Positions 28,568 through 39,321 of a DNA stretch of 64,000 bases are shown here, piece after piece. Origin of the DNA: an uncultured Desulfatitalea sp. (lineage in GTDB: Bacteria > Desulfobacterota > Desulfobacteria > Desulfobacterales > Desulfosarcinaceae); contig CAXXMB010000001.1 in assembly GCA_963668675.2 (NCBI GenBank), positions 256,001-320,000 on the forward strand, read 5' to 3'. Position 1 is the stretch's first letter. Every line of letters starts with the position of its first letter. The notes beneath the pieces are model-generated. The model did not search any database, had not been told where the DNA came from, and saw only the letters and a list, made by a program, of their open reading frames with translations. Position numbers and translations under genes: made by a program.

Positions 28568-30472
28568 CTACTCATTTATGACATCGTGCAACAGCTTGAG
28601 CATTTTCCTGAAGTTGTACGGCTTCTGGATAAAGCCGCGCGCCTTCTGCAGCACATCGTCGGATGCCGGGTTTTCCATGCTATAGCCGCTGGAGATGACC
28701 ACATTCGCCTTGGGATTGAAGTCCAAAATCTCTCGCAAGCAGTGCTTGCCGCCCATACCCGGCATGATCAGGTCCAGGATGATGAGCGATATTTCGGAGC
28801 TGGTTTTGCGGTATTGAGAGAGACCGGTTTCGCCGCTGCCGGCGGTGATTACCTGGTACCCGTTTTTAGTGAGCATGTCTTTGGCCAGCTCCCTCAGGAA
28901 TTCTTCATCGTCGATAACCAGGATCGTTTCACCGCCCCCCTTTTTGATTTGTTCTTCCGGCGGCATGATCCGTTTGGCAGCGGCCATTTTGATGGCCGGC
29001 AGGTAGATTTGGAAGACGGTTCCTTTGCCTGCTTGGCTTTCGCAAAGGATCTGGCCGCCATGGTTATGGATGATGCCGTAGGCCATGGCCAGGCCTAGCC
29101 CGGTCCCTTTGCCAGGCTGCTTGGTGGTATAGAAGGGTTCGAAGATATGCTCCCTGATTTCGTTGGACATCCCCTGGCCGTTGTCGGCGATGGAGAGGCG
29201 CACATACTCGTCGGCCACATCGCCCAGCTGGAGCTGGCGCAGCGCCACATCTGGCTCGATATTGGCAGTTTCAATAATCAAGCGGCCGCCGTCGGGCATG
29301 GCATCGCGGGCATTGACACCGATGTTGAGGAGAACCTGTTCGACCTGACCGGGATCGGCATTGACAGTGAGCACCGGCTCGGTCAAACGCAGCTCGATGT
29401 TGATCATTTTTGGGATGGTTCGCTCGAGTAGTTTCTCAACCTGGCGCACCACCTGGTTGAGATTGACGGGCCGGGGATGGATCTCTACCTTGCGGCTGAA
29501 CGCCAGGAGTTGGGAGGTCAGTTCCGTGGCCCGTTGGGCGGCCTTTTCGATCTCTCTCAATTTAGCTGTTTCAGGCGACGAGGCAGTTTTTTCCATGAGC
29601 AGCATTTGGGAGTAGCCGAGGATCGCCTGCAGCAGGTTGTTGAAGTCGTGGGAAATGCCGCCGGCCAAGGTGCCGATGGCCTCCATCTTCTGCGCCTGGA
29701 GCAGCTGGGCTTCGAGTGCTTTTGTGGCAGTGATGTCCCGCGTAAAACCGCAAATACCGCTGGTTTTTCCGGTTTTACCGGTCAATGGTACCTTGATGCT
29801 GTGGAAAATTTTGGTGCCTTTCCGCTCGATCTTGAGCTCCTCTTCGACGATTTCGCCTTGGAGCACCCGCTCTTCGATGGTCCGGCTCTGGGCACCCTTC
29901 TCACTGCCGAAAAGCGTTTCGTCTGTCTCTCCCATGAATTCGACCGCTTTCAGGTCGTAAAGCCTCTCCATGGAGGGGTTGACCAGGGTGTACTTTAAGC
30001 TGGTGTCTTTAAGGAAGATGGCGTCCTGGGCACTTTCGAAAATGGTTCGGAAGCGCCGCTCGCTTTCTTTGAGGCGCTCTTCTGCGATTCGTTTGTCTTC
30101 ACGGATCTGAATGGTTTCGAAGATGCGCTCCAGCAGATTGATGAGCTCGATCGGACGCACCGGTTTCTGCAGGTAGTGAAACGCCCCCTTCTCCAATGCG
30201 GTAATGGCCGAATCCACATCGGCAAAGGCCGTCATCAGTGCGCAGACACAATCGGGGCTCGTGGACTTCAGGTCGGCCAGCAGATTGATGCCGGTGTCGT
30301 CGGGCAGTTTCAGATCGAGCAGCGCCACATGCGGATTGTTCTCTCTGGCCCGCGCCAGTGCATCGGCACAGGTGTTGGCCGTTATCAACCGGTAGCCCTC
30401 ATCTTCGAGGATATCTTCCAGGTTGTCCGCCATGGCTTCATCGTCGTCAACAATCAGAATGGTCTTGTGCAT
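28568..30472 (-). CDS. Hybrid histidine kinase REC-PAS-HisKA-HATPase-REC
   Basis: ILIVDDD, LAGGISHDFNNLL, NARDAM, GTGLGL and a C-terminal receiver domain. Confidence 0.93.
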   Translation of the reverse strand: MHKTILIVDDDEAMADNLEDILEDEGYRLITANTCADALARARENNPHVALLDLKLPDDTGINLLADLKSTSPDCVCALMTAFADVDSAITALEKGAFHYLQKPVRPIELINLLERIFETIQIREDKRIAEERLKESERRFRTIFESAQDAIFLKDTSLKYTLVNPSMERLYDLKAVEFMGETDETLFGSEKGAQSRTIEERVLQGEIVEEELKIERKGTKIFHSIKVPLTGKTGKTSGICGFTRDITATKALEAQLLQAQKMEAIGTLAGGISHDFNNLLQAILGYSQMLLMEKTASSPETAKLREIEKAAQRATELTSQLLAFSRKVEIHPRPVNLNQVVRQVEKLLERTIPKMINIELRLTEPVLTVNADPGQVEQVLLNIGVNARDAMPDGGRLIIETANIEPDVALRQLQLGDVADEYVRLSIADNGQGMSNEIREHIFEPFYTTKQPGKGTGLGLAMAYGIIHNHGGQILCESQAGKGTVFQIYLPAIKMAAAKRIMPPEEQIKKGGGETILVIDDEEFLRELAKDMLTKNGYQVITAGSGETGLSQYRKTSSEISLIILDLIMPGMGGKHCLREILDFNPKANVVISSGYSMENPASDDVLQKARGFIQKPYNFRKMLKLLHDVINE

Positions 30473-30477
30473 CGCAT

Positions 30478-31245
30478 TTACTCCATAGCAGGTTTCCGAA
30501 TCACCCCTTTTTTGACGTCCTCTCTGATGTTCTCCATCACTTTCAAAAGGCGCTTCATGTCTATCGGTTTCGGTAGCATTGTATAGGCACTCTCTTCAAT
30601 TGCCTGCTGGATCAGGCTGTTCATCTCCTCTGCATAGCCGGTCATGAGAATGGTGACCAGGTTGGGTTGCAGATTTTTGATGCGTCGGTAGACCTCGAGG
30701 CCATTCAGATCGGGCATCTTCAGGTCGAGCAGTAGAATGTCGAAGGGTTGGCGCTCGGCTTCCCGAATCGCTTCATGGGGGCTGCAGGCCATGGCAACCC
30801 GGTATCCATATTCGGCCAGGGTATCGTAGAGATTTTCGCAAAGCGCCCGGTCGTCATCGGCCAGCAGGATGTATCCGCCCTCGGGCTTTGCGATCGCTCG
30901 TTCGATGGTCAAGTGCAGATCGTCCATGTTCAGCGGCTTCTTCAAAATTGCCGTTACACCGTTATCGCGTGCTTGTTGGATCAACTCGGTGAGGGCGTAG
31001 GCGGTAAAGAGGATCACTTTGACATCGGGATTTCGGCGTTTCATGCTCAGGAAGGACTCCACGCCGTTCATCCCCGGCATTTTGATGTCCATCAGCACGA
31101 GGTCGTACTCAGCGCATCCGGTCAGCTCGCAGGCATCCTCTCCATTGTGGGCCGTCTCCACATCATACCCTTCATCCTCGAGGATATCTTTGATGCTGTC
31201 GGTGTAATCTTCGTTGTCATCTACGACAAGGATCTTAAACGCCAT
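30478..31245 (-). CDS. Response regulator with two tandem receiver domains and no output domain
   Basis: Two REC motif sets: VVDD/MDIKMP/KP and LADDD/LDLKMP/KP. Confidence 0.9.
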   Translation of the reverse strand: MAFKILVVDDNEDYTDSIKDILEDEGYDVETAHNGEDACELTGCAEYDLVLMDIKMPGMNGVESFLSMKRRNPDVKVILFTAYALTELIQQARDNGVTAILKKPLNMDDLHLTIERAIAKPEGGYILLADDDRALCENLYDTLAEYGYRVAMACSPHEAIREAERQPFDILLLDLKMPDLNGLEVYRRIKNLQPNLVTILMTGYAEEMNSLIQQAIEESAYTMLPKPIDMKRLLKVMENIREDVKKGVIRKPAME

Positions 31246-31301
31246 GACACCTCCAAAATTTGAGAACTTTTGTTGAGTGAAACGATATCTCCAAGGGCAC
31301 C

Positions 31302-34300
31302 TTAACTTCCAGAGCCGTAAGGCAAGCCGATCTGGATCCGGGTGCCCTCTCCCAAACGGCTCTCAAGGATGATATCTCCGCTGTGCTCTTCGATGATTTT
31401 TTTTACATTGGCCAAACCGATGCCGGTGCCCCGCGCGCGGGTGGTAAAAAGCGGCTCGAATGCGCGTCGGCGGGTCTCATCGTCCATGCCGATGCCGTTG
31501 TCGGCAACGTCAAATACCAGTTGTTCGCCCCTCCTGCTTACAGTGAGTGTGACCTGTGGACTGTAGCCTTTTCCAACGCCGTTGCCGTTTTCGGCCTTGG
31601 CCTTCACCGCATAAATGGCGTTGAGCAATACATTGATGATCACCCGACGCATCTTCTCCTGATCGTGGGGAACCGGCTGCAGTCCCTCCTCCAGTTGAAC
31701 CGATATTTCGATGCCCTCCTGCTCCTGTATTTGATCCACGACCTGCAGGAGCCAGGGCGTCGGGTCCTCTGTTGCGATAGAGGCGTGGCGGCCGCGTGTA
31801 TATTCGAGCAGATCGGCCACGATGGCATCGCACATGGCGATCTGCTCCTCGATGCGATTGAAATGCTTATCGGTCTTTTCGTCCTTATCCTTTATTTTGC
31901 GCTGCAGATAGAAGTTGGAGGAGCGAATGACGCCCAACGGGTTTCTCAGTTCATGGCTCACTGTGGCGGTAAGCTGACCGAGGACGGCCAGCCTCTCACT
32001 CTTGACCAGTTCCGCCTGGGCCGCCTCCAGATCCCGCGTGCGTTCGGCCACCATCTGTTCCAACTGCTGACGGTATCGTACTAGCTCCGCTTCGGTCTCT
32101 TTGCGTTGGGTCACGTCGCGTACGATGCTCAACAAGGTGTGCCGCCCCTGGTGCACCATCCGCTGGCTGCTCACCTCAACAATGGCTTTTGATCCATCTT
32201 TACGTACATGAATCGCCTCGAAGTAGACGGGGGCGTCCCCGGATGGTTGACCAAACCGATTGGTCAAGGGGGCAGGGGCATCCGGATCGAGGATGTCCTT
32301 GAGGGAACGTTTCAGAATATCATCTTTTCCGTAGCCCAGATGTCGGCAGGCCGCCATGTTGACATCTTTAAAACTGCCGCTCTCCGCATCGGTAAGAAAG
32401 ATGGGGTCGGCCGCCGTTTCAAAAATAGTGCGAAAACGCGCCTCGCTCTCCTCCAGCGCCCGCTGGGTTTTTTTCAAGGCGTTGATATCCACAGTCATTG
32501 TGAGCACGCAATCCTCACCTTTGTAGCGGATAGGGCTCGAAGAGATTAAACTTTCCAGAAGACGGCCGTCTTTCGTGCGGAAGCGCGCTTCCATACCCTC
32601 GACTTGGCCATGACGCCTCAACGTCTGGATCATGCGTTCCCGGTCGGCAGGGTTCGCGTATAGATTCAGGTCCAAAGGGGTCCGCCCTATCGTCTCTTCA
32701 CGGGTATAGCCGGTACGTTTGCAGAAAGCATTGTTGACCTCTACATATTTTGCATCGGAAAGGCGCGTGATGACGATAGTGTAGGGAGCCGTGTCCAGGA
32801 TCGTGCGATAGCTCTCTTCTCTTTCGCTAAGCGCTTTTTGCGCTTTTTTTAGAGAGTCTATGTTGGTAGAAATAAAGAGGAAACAATCCTCTCCATGGTA
32901 CTGGATCGGACGGGCCGATGCCAGGGAGTTGGTCAGCTGCCCGCTTTTGGTCCTGAACTGGACCTCCATACTGTCGACCCTGCCATGCTCGCGGAAAATG
33001 TTCCGTAACCGCCTGAAATCGGAGCTGTCATTGTAGACTTCCAGATCTTTGCTGGTTCGACCGATCGCCTCTTCCCTTGTGTAGCCGGTTCGTTGGGTGA
33101 AGGCGTCGTTGACCTCCAGATAGCGGCCGTCGGAAATGCGCGATATCGTAATAGAGTAAGGTGCGGTCTGCATTATGGTGCGATAGCCCTCTTCGCTTTC
33201 GCTCAACTCCCTTTGGGCCCTTTTTAGCTCCCCCACGTCTGCGGAGATAAACAACAGACAGTCTTCATCCCCGAATTGAATTCTACGGGCGGAGGCCACC
33301 GTCTCTGTGACGCGTCCATCCTTGCCTTGAAAAGTGATCTCCATGCCGTCCACCCGGCCGTCTCGAAAGATGGCTTCCCGCAGGCGATCCCGTTGGTCAG
33401 GATTTTTAAAGATATTTAGCTCAAGAGACGATTTGCCGATCACCTCATTCGGCGTATATCCGGTTCGTTGGGTAAATCCCTTGTTGACCTGAAGGTAGCG
33501 TGAATCGGAAAGGCGCGTGATGGTCACGGAGTAGGGGAAGGCCTCAAGGATGGTGAGATGGTGTTTCTCGCGCTCCTCCAGAGCGCGCTGGGTCGCCTTG
33601 AGTTCGCTGATGTCGGTGAAGACTCCGAGAATGCACTCTTGGTTGTTGAAAGGCACTAACCGGGCCGACAGGAGGGTGTCATGGATCGAGCCGTGCCTGT
33701 CTTTGAGCTGTACTTCCAGGCGTTCTATTTTACTATCATTACGCAAAATATTCAGTATGTTAGAACGAACTTCCGGGTCACAATACAGCTTTAGATCCAA
33801 GGTGGTTTTGCCCAAGGCTTCCTGGCGTGGGTATCCGAAGTTCGTGCAGAATACATCGTTGACCACTAGAATGCGACCATCGGAAACGCTGGTGATTAAA
33901 ATCATTAGGGGAGAGAGTTCCATGATGCGCCGGTAGCTCTCTTCACTCTCCCGCAGCGCATTTTCAGTTTTTTTCCTTTCGGTCACATCCCTTGCGATAC
34001 CGCAGAAACCGACAGCCTGACCATTCATGTCCCTGCGCAGGGCAGCCACGGTTTCAGCTGTTCGAATGGTGCCGTCTTTGCAGATGACATCGTAGATCAG
34101 GATGGGAGAGGGATGGCCGGTTTGAAAGACACGTTGGAGGGCATCGAAAATGCCTTGGCTCTGGTCTTCCGGAATGAAGTCCCGGAAAGAGAGGCCGGCG
34201 AGTTCATCCCGGGTGCGTCCGTGAAAGGCGCAGATATAGTCGTTGAACACGGTGAGCTTGCCGTTGAGATCGATTTCGAAATAGCTCTCACCTAGTGATT

Positions 34301-34367
34301 CAAGGAGTTGCTGATACACTTCCTGGCGTCTTTTATCCGCTGGATTATGGTCAGGAAGTTGTGACAT
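31302..34367 (-). CDS. Cytoplasmic histidine kinase with 6 PAS domains
   Basis: Six ~125-aa repeats linked by ESEE.YR-type helices; SHELRNPL; GTGIGL; no TM. Confidence 0.92.
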   Translation of the reverse strand: MSQLPDHNPADKRRQEVYQQLLESLGESYFEIDLNGKLTVFNDYICAFHGRTRDELAGLSFRDFIPEDQSQGIFDALQRVFQTGHPSPILIYDVICKDGTIRTAETVAALRRDMNGQAVGFCGIARDVTERKKTENALRESEESYRRIMELSPLMILITSVSDGRILVVNDVFCTNFGYPRQEALGKTTLDLKLYCDPEVRSNILNILRNDSKIERLEVQLKDRHGSIHDTLLSARLVPFNNQECILGVFTDISELKATQRALEEREKHHLTILEAFPYSVTITRLSDSRYLQVNKGFTQRTGYTPNEVIGKSSLELNIFKNPDQRDRLREAIFRDGRVDGMEITFQGKDGRVTETVASARRIQFGDEDCLLFISADVGELKRAQRELSESEEGYRTIMQTAPYSITISRISDGRYLEVNDAFTQRTGYTREEAIGRTSKDLEVYNDSSDFRRLRNIFREHGRVDSMEVQFRTKSGQLTNSLASARPIQYHGEDCFLFISTNIDSLKKAQKALSEREESYRTILDTAPYTIVITRLSDAKYVEVNNAFCKRTGYTREETIGRTPLDLNLYANPADRERMIQTLRRHGQVEGMEARFRTKDGRLLESLISSSPIRYKGEDCVLTMTVDINALKKTQRALEESEARFRTIFETAADPIFLTDAESGSFKDVNMAACRHLGYGKDDILKRSLKDILDPDAPAPLTNRFGQPSGDAPVYFEAIHVRKDGSKAIVEVSSQRMVHQGRHTLLSIVRDVTQRKETEAELVRYRQQLEQMVAERTRDLEAAQAELVKSERLAVLGQLTATVSHELRNPLGVIRSSNFYLQRKIKDKDEKTDKHFNRIEEQIAMCDAIVADLLEYTRGRHASIATEDPTPWLLQVVDQIQEQEGIEISVQLEEGLQPVPHDQEKMRRVIINVLLNAIYAVKAKAENGNGVGKGYSPQVTLTVSRRGEQLVFDVADNGIGMDDETRRRAFEPLFTTRARGTGIGLANVKKIIEEHSGDIILESRLGEGTRIQIGLPYGSGS

Positions 34368-34398
34368 CGAGGATCTCCTGTCTAAATGCCGGTCTGCA

Positions 34399-37300
34399 TC
34401 AATTTCTGCAGGGCAACGTAATCTTCATTTCGGTTCCTTGTCCCGGGCGGCTATGCAGAGTGATCCGCCCTTTATGCTCTTCCACTATTTTTTTAACAAT
34501 GGCCAACCCGATGCCCGTACCTCTCGCGCGGGTGGTGAACAGCGGTTCAAAGGCGCGCATGGTGGTCTCCGAATCCATGCCGATGCCGTTGTCGGTGATA
34601 TGTATCGCCACCACGCCCCCCTCCATCGCGGTCCTTACAGAGATCTCCGGTTGAAAGTCGGCGTTATCTTTGGATCTGGCCTTCACGGCTTGAAGGGCGT
34701 TGTCCAGCACATTGATCATGACACGGCGCATCTTATCCCGGTCATGGGGCAGGGACGGAAGATTTTCGGCGGTCTCCATCGAAATTTCAATCCCCTCGGA
34801 CTCCTCTATCTGTTCGATCACCTCGGGCATCCAGTCGCTCAATTGCTGTCGGACGATATTGATGTTGCGCCCTCGCGTGAATTCGAGCAGATCGGCAACA
34901 ATCGTGTCGCAGAGCGCAACCTGCTCGTCGATGCGTCTGAAGTGCTTTTGTTGCTTCTTATCCGCTTTTCCGGATTTCCGCTGCAGGTAGAAGTTGGAGG
35001 AGCGGATGACGCCCAGCGGATTGCGCAGCTCATGGCTCACCGTGGCGGTCAGCTGACCAAGCACTGCCAGCTTTTCACGCTTGACCAGCTCCTGCTGCAC
35101 TGCCTCCAGCTCCCGGGTGCGGTCGGCGACCATCAGCTCCAGGTTCTGCCGGTAGCGCTCCAGCTCCTGCTCCGCCATTTTCCGCTCGCTGACGTCGCGG
35201 ACAATGCTCAACTGGGCCGGCGTGCCCTCGCGCGCGACGATGCCGCTGCTCACCTCCACAGGCATGGAAGTGCCGTCTTTTCTCATCAGAACCGATTCAA
35301 AAAAGAGGCGCTCCATCCGGTCCGCACCATCGACATTGGCCGGCCTCGGGTAGGGGTGCCCCGGGCTTACGATCTGATCCAGCGACATGCTGTGCAGTTC
35401 GCCGGCCGTATATCCGAGATGCCGGCAGGCCGTCTTGTTGATATTGAGGAAACGCCCGTCGCGCAGATCGTTGACGAATATGGCGTCGGCGGCGGTTTCG
35501 AATATGGCCCGGAAGCGCTCCTCGCTCTCCCGCAAGGCCGATTGCGCCCTCTTCATGGCGGTGAGGTCGGCGACCGACGCGAGCAGGCACGGCTTCCCCT
35601 TGTAGCGGATCGGGGTGATGGCGGTCAGGCACTCCATAACCTTTCCGTTTTTAACCCGGTACGGGATTTCCAGGTCCTCTATCCGTCCGTGCTCCGAAAG
35701 CAAATCGACCACTCGCTTGAAATCGGACCGATCAGCATAGATGTCCAATTCACGCACGGTCCGGCCGACAACTTCGTCGCGGCTGTAGCCGGTCTGCTGG
35801 CAAAACCGTTTGTTCACTTCCACATAGCGATTGTCCTCCCGGCTGATGACCGACGTCGAGATGAATGTCGAATCGAGGATGCTGCGGTAGCCCGCTTCAC
35901 TTTCACGAAGGGCCCCCTGGGTCTTTTTCAGGGCTGTGATGTCGGCGATGTTAAAGAGAAGGGCGGGTTGGCCTTCAAATTTAAAGGGTCGGCAAGAGAT
36001 TATCGTCTCCAGGATGGATCCATCCTTTTTGCGGATTCGCACCTCCATGCCGTCGATACGTCCTTTGCTCCGCAACGCCTTCTCCATCTTATCATATGTA
36101 TCTTGATCGACAAAAAGATCGACCTCCGATGAGGTCCGGCCGATGATCTCATCTGCACAATAGCCGGTGTTGACGTTGAAACTGTTATTCACCTGCAGGT
36201 AGCGCAGGTCGGACTGATTGACGATGGTGATGGCATACGGCGCCGTGTCGAGGATGGCCCGTTGCCCCTCCTCCTTCTCCTGGAGGGCGCGTTGGATCTC
36301 TTTAAGGCTTGTAATGCTGGTGATAACGGTCAGAATACAATCTTCACCTTTGAAGCGAATGTAGTGGGCTGAAAAAAGATCGTCATGGACACTCCCTTCC
36401 CGGTTGAGGAAGTTCAATTCAAGATCTTTCACCTTGCCGTCCCGCTTCAACATCGCCACCCAACGCTTTCTGTTTTCCGGATCGGTATAGAGCCCCAATT
36501 CGATGGGGGTGTGTCCGATTACCGCTTCGTGTGGATAGCCGGTGCGTTCACAAAAGGCTCGGTTGACCCCTACGATGCGGCTGTCCGATACCCGGGTGAT
36601 GCAGATCATGCTCGGGGCCAGCTCCATGATGCGCCGGTAGCTCTCTTCGCTTTCGGCCAATGCCTGCTGGGCGGCTTTGAGTTCGTCAATGGGGTTGGCC
36701 GCCACCAGAAGGTGGTTTTCACCATTGTATTCGATGATACGGGCCCACCACAGCTGTATTGAGACGGTGCCATCTTTATAGCGGACCGGAATTTCGAACC
36801 CGTCGACGGTGCCTTCTTGTTTGAGCATCTCGATAAATCGGAGGCGGTCGTCGGGATCGGCATAGATATCGAGGTCCAGGGATTTCTTTCCGATGGTCTC
36901 CTCCGGGGTGAAACCGGTGCGTTCGTAGAATAGTCGGTTGGCCTCAACATAGGTGCCTTCGTCGAGGGTGGTCAGGCAGATGGCGCTGGGAACCGAATCC
37001 ATGACTTCACGAATTCGCTTTTCACTCTCAAGCAGGGCCTGTTGTGCCTCGATCAGAGGGTTGATCACCGTGGCCACAGCCAGAAAGCACTCTTCCCCCT
37101 TGAACTCGATGGTCCGTGCAGAGAAAAGGTCGATCAGTTCCGTACCGTCTTTGGCCCGGAAACGGATCTCCATTTTGTCGACCCAACCGTTCTTGCGGAG
37201 CTCTTCAACAATCCTTTTTCGGTCTTCGGGATCGGCATAGATGTTGAGATCAAGCACCGAGCGGCCTATGGCCTCTTCGCGGCTGTACCCCGTCTGCTGG

Positions 37301-38976
37301 CAGAAGGTCTCATTGACTTCAAAGTATAGTCCGTCGGCAATACGCGAAATGGTGATGGCGTCCGGGGCCATCGCCATGACACGCCGGTAGCTCTCTTCGC
37401 TCTCCTTGAGCGCGGCGTGGGCCTCTTTGAGGGGGGTGATGACCGTGGCGACGATGAGCGTGCACTCCTTGTCATTGAAACGAATAACCTTGGCCGAAAC
37501 CAGATCGTCCAGCTTTTGGCCATTCTTACCCTGGTATCCGATCTCGATGCCGCTGACTTCGCCGTCGCGGGCTACCCGTCGTACGAGTTTGTTATGGTCT
37601 TCGAGGTTTTGGTAGATGTCCAGCTCTTTCCCTGTACGTCCGATGACTTCCTCTGGTGTTAAACCGAGATGCCGGCAGAAAGCGTCGTTGACCTGCACGA
37701 ATTGCATGGTGCTGTTGTCGACGATACAAATAGCATCCGGAGCCATCTCCACCACTTGGCGGTAGCTCTCCTCACTCTCCTGGAGCGCCTGCTCCAACGC
37801 TATGGCTTCAGTGCGGTCCCTGCTTACGCCGAAAAAACCGATGGGTTGGTCTTTTTCGTCCCTCATCAGGGTTACCGATATCTCATTGTGGCGTATGGTG
37901 CCGTCCCTTTTTACCAATTTGCACTGGACAATGTTGGTTGCCCGACCGCTCTCGTAGACTTGGTTGAAGGTTTTATAAAGGTTTTCCGCACTCTCGGGCG
38001 ATACGAACTCCCGGTAGTCCATGCCGATCAACTCGTTGCTGGTTCTGCCGAAAATTCTGCAGGTGGCGCCATTGACGGTGGTGATGTTTCCCTTAAGATC
38101 CGTTTCGTAATACCCCTCCTCCAGGTTGGCGAGGATGGTACGATATTTTAGTTCACTGGCTTTGAGGGCCTGTTCGGTCTTTCTCAGTTCGGTGAGGTCC
38201 CGCACGACACCACAGAAACCCACCAGTTCGCCTGCTTCATTTCGCAGGGGAACGGCAACGGTTTGGTTGACTGCCGTTGAACCGTCTTTTTGGAGGATTT
38301 CATACTCCAGGAGGCTTGAGGGTTTGCCCGTAAGGTAGACTTGACTGTAACTGTCGAAGATGCGGCGGGCGCCTTCAGGGGTCATGTAATCCTTAAAATT
38401 GAGTTGGATCAGCTCCTCCCGGGAGCGGCCGGCAAACCGGCAGAGCACGTCGTTGACGTAAGTGAAATTTCCTGAAAGGTCCACTTCGAAATAGCCGTCG
38501 GCAGACTCATCAAGCAATTGACGGTAGGTTTTTTCGTTGTGCTTCTTCTCAACTGTTTGATCTGCAGGCGGCTCGGTGGACTGACCGGTTTTGACCAAGT
38601 GGGTGATGGTGCCTTGCGGGTCTCTGACCGTCGAGATTGAGACCATCTCCCAAAGCCCATTGCTCTCTTTGGTTCGATGTTCAATCTTGCCTTTCCACTC
38701 GCCGTTGTGATTCAGTTTTTTTACAATGGTCTCCCATGGCTCGCAGGCTTTACTCCAGAAAGCGGGGAGGCTGGCACCGACCATTTCCGATGGCGGGTAG
38801 CCGAATGTTCGGGTGCAACAAGGATTGACATACTGGATCGTACCGTCCGGGTCGGTCAGGGTGACCGTGACCGGCATGTTTTCCATGCTCAATAGTGCGA
38901 GATTTTCGTTTTGCGGATATTCAGGTGCGGTGGCTCCCGGTTGGTCGGATAGGGCGATACGGTGGTCTTCATTCAT
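34399..38976 (-). CDS. Cytoplasmic histidine kinase with 10 PAS domains
   Basis: Ten PAS repeats; H-box region identical to the neighbouring kinase (LAVLGQLTATVSHELRNPLGVIRSSNFYLQRK). Confidence 0.92.
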   Translation of the reverse strand: MNEDHRIALSDQPGATAPEYPQNENLALLSMENMPVTVTLTDPDGTIQYVNPCCTRTFGYPPSEMVGASLPAFWSKACEPWETIVKKLNHNGEWKGKIEHRTKESNGLWEMVSISTVRDPQGTITHLVKTGQSTEPPADQTVEKKHNEKTYRQLLDESADGYFEVDLSGNFTYVNDVLCRFAGRSREELIQLNFKDYMTPEGARRIFDSYSQVYLTGKPSSLLEYEILQKDGSTAVNQTVAVPLRNEAGELVGFCGVVRDLTELRKTEQALKASELKYRTILANLEEGYYETDLKGNITTVNGATCRIFGRTSNELIGMDYREFVSPESAENLYKTFNQVYESGRATNIVQCKLVKRDGTIRHNEISVTLMRDEKDQPIGFFGVSRDRTEAIALEQALQESEESYRQVVEMAPDAICIVDNSTMQFVQVNDAFCRHLGLTPEEVIGRTGKELDIYQNLEDHNKLVRRVARDGEVSGIEIGYQGKNGQKLDDLVSAKVIRFNDKECTLIVATVITPLKEAHAALKESEESYRRVMAMAPDAITISRIADGLYFEVNETFCQQTGYSREEAIGRSVLDLNIYADPEDRKRIVEELRKNGWVDKMEIRFRAKDGTELIDLFSARTIEFKGEECFLAVATVINPLIEAQQALLESEKRIREVMDSVPSAICLTTLDEGTYVEANRLFYERTGFTPEETIGKKSLDLDIYADPDDRLRFIEMLKQEGTVDGFEIPVRYKDGTVSIQLWWARIIEYNGENHLLVAANPIDELKAAQQALAESEESYRRIMELAPSMICITRVSDSRIVGVNRAFCERTGYPHEAVIGHTPIELGLYTDPENRKRWVAMLKRDGKVKDLELNFLNREGSVHDDLFSAHYIRFKGEDCILTVITSITSLKEIQRALQEKEEGQRAILDTAPYAITIVNQSDLRYLQVNNSFNVNTGYCADEIIGRTSSEVDLFVDQDTYDKMEKALRSKGRIDGMEVRIRKKDGSILETIISCRPFKFEGQPALLFNIADITALKKTQGALRESEAGYRSILDSTFISTSVISREDNRYVEVNKRFCQQTGYSRDEVVGRTVRELDIYADRSDFKRVVDLLSEHGRIEDLEIPYRVKNGKVMECLTAITPIRYKGKPCLLASVADLTAMKRAQSALRESEERFRAIFETAADAIFVNDLRDGRFLNINKTACRHLGYTAGELHSMSLDQIVSPGHPYPRPANVDGADRMERLFFESVLMRKDGTSMPVEVSSGIVAREGTPAQLSIVRDVSERKMAEQELERYRQNLELMVADRTRELEAVQQELVKREKLAVLGQLTATVSHELRNPLGVIRSSNFYLQRKSGKADKKQQKHFRRIDEQVALCDTIVADLLEFTRGRNINIVRQQLSDWMPEVIEQIEESEGIEISMETAENLPSLPHDRDKMRRVMINVLDNALQAVKARSKDNADFQPEISVRTAMEGGVVAIHITDNGIGMDSETTMRAFEPLFTTRARGTGIGLAIVKKIVEEHKGRITLHSRPGQGTEMKITLPCRN

Positions 38977-39187
38977 GGGGCTTTACGCCTTAAAATGGTT
39001 CCCTGTGACGCAGTTGCCGGCAATTGCGAATCAGGTTCTGTTCAATCGAAATCTTCTTCTATCATCCTGCCCTTCTTGGTTGCCCCGACTAGTGAAGCCA
39101 TTTGGTTCTTTATCGGCCGCCATGGCCTGTTAAGTTAGGTAATTCTTGGAATTTTCGGTAAATGGCGGCGTTTTTTCATCATGTTTG

Positions 39188-39216
39188 ATTATGGCAAAAG
39201 GGGGATTGGCTGTCAA
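39188..39216 (-). promoter_or_regulatory. sigma70 promoter for the kinase cluster
   Basis: Minus strand TTGACA-17 nt-CATAAT. Confidence 0.65.
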
Positions 39217-39321
39217 CGTGCGCAGACCGTTTATGACTGTACTATTAAGCCGGCCTTGATATAGAGGTCATGGCAATGGGCTGCATTCATATCTTTCAAG
39301 GGTGGATGCGAAGGTGTTTCA

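Noticed and set aside
34438..36132. 564-aa plus-strand ORF
   Set aside because: Antisense shadow of the PAS kinase with no recognisable motifs; expected in GC-rich coding DNA.
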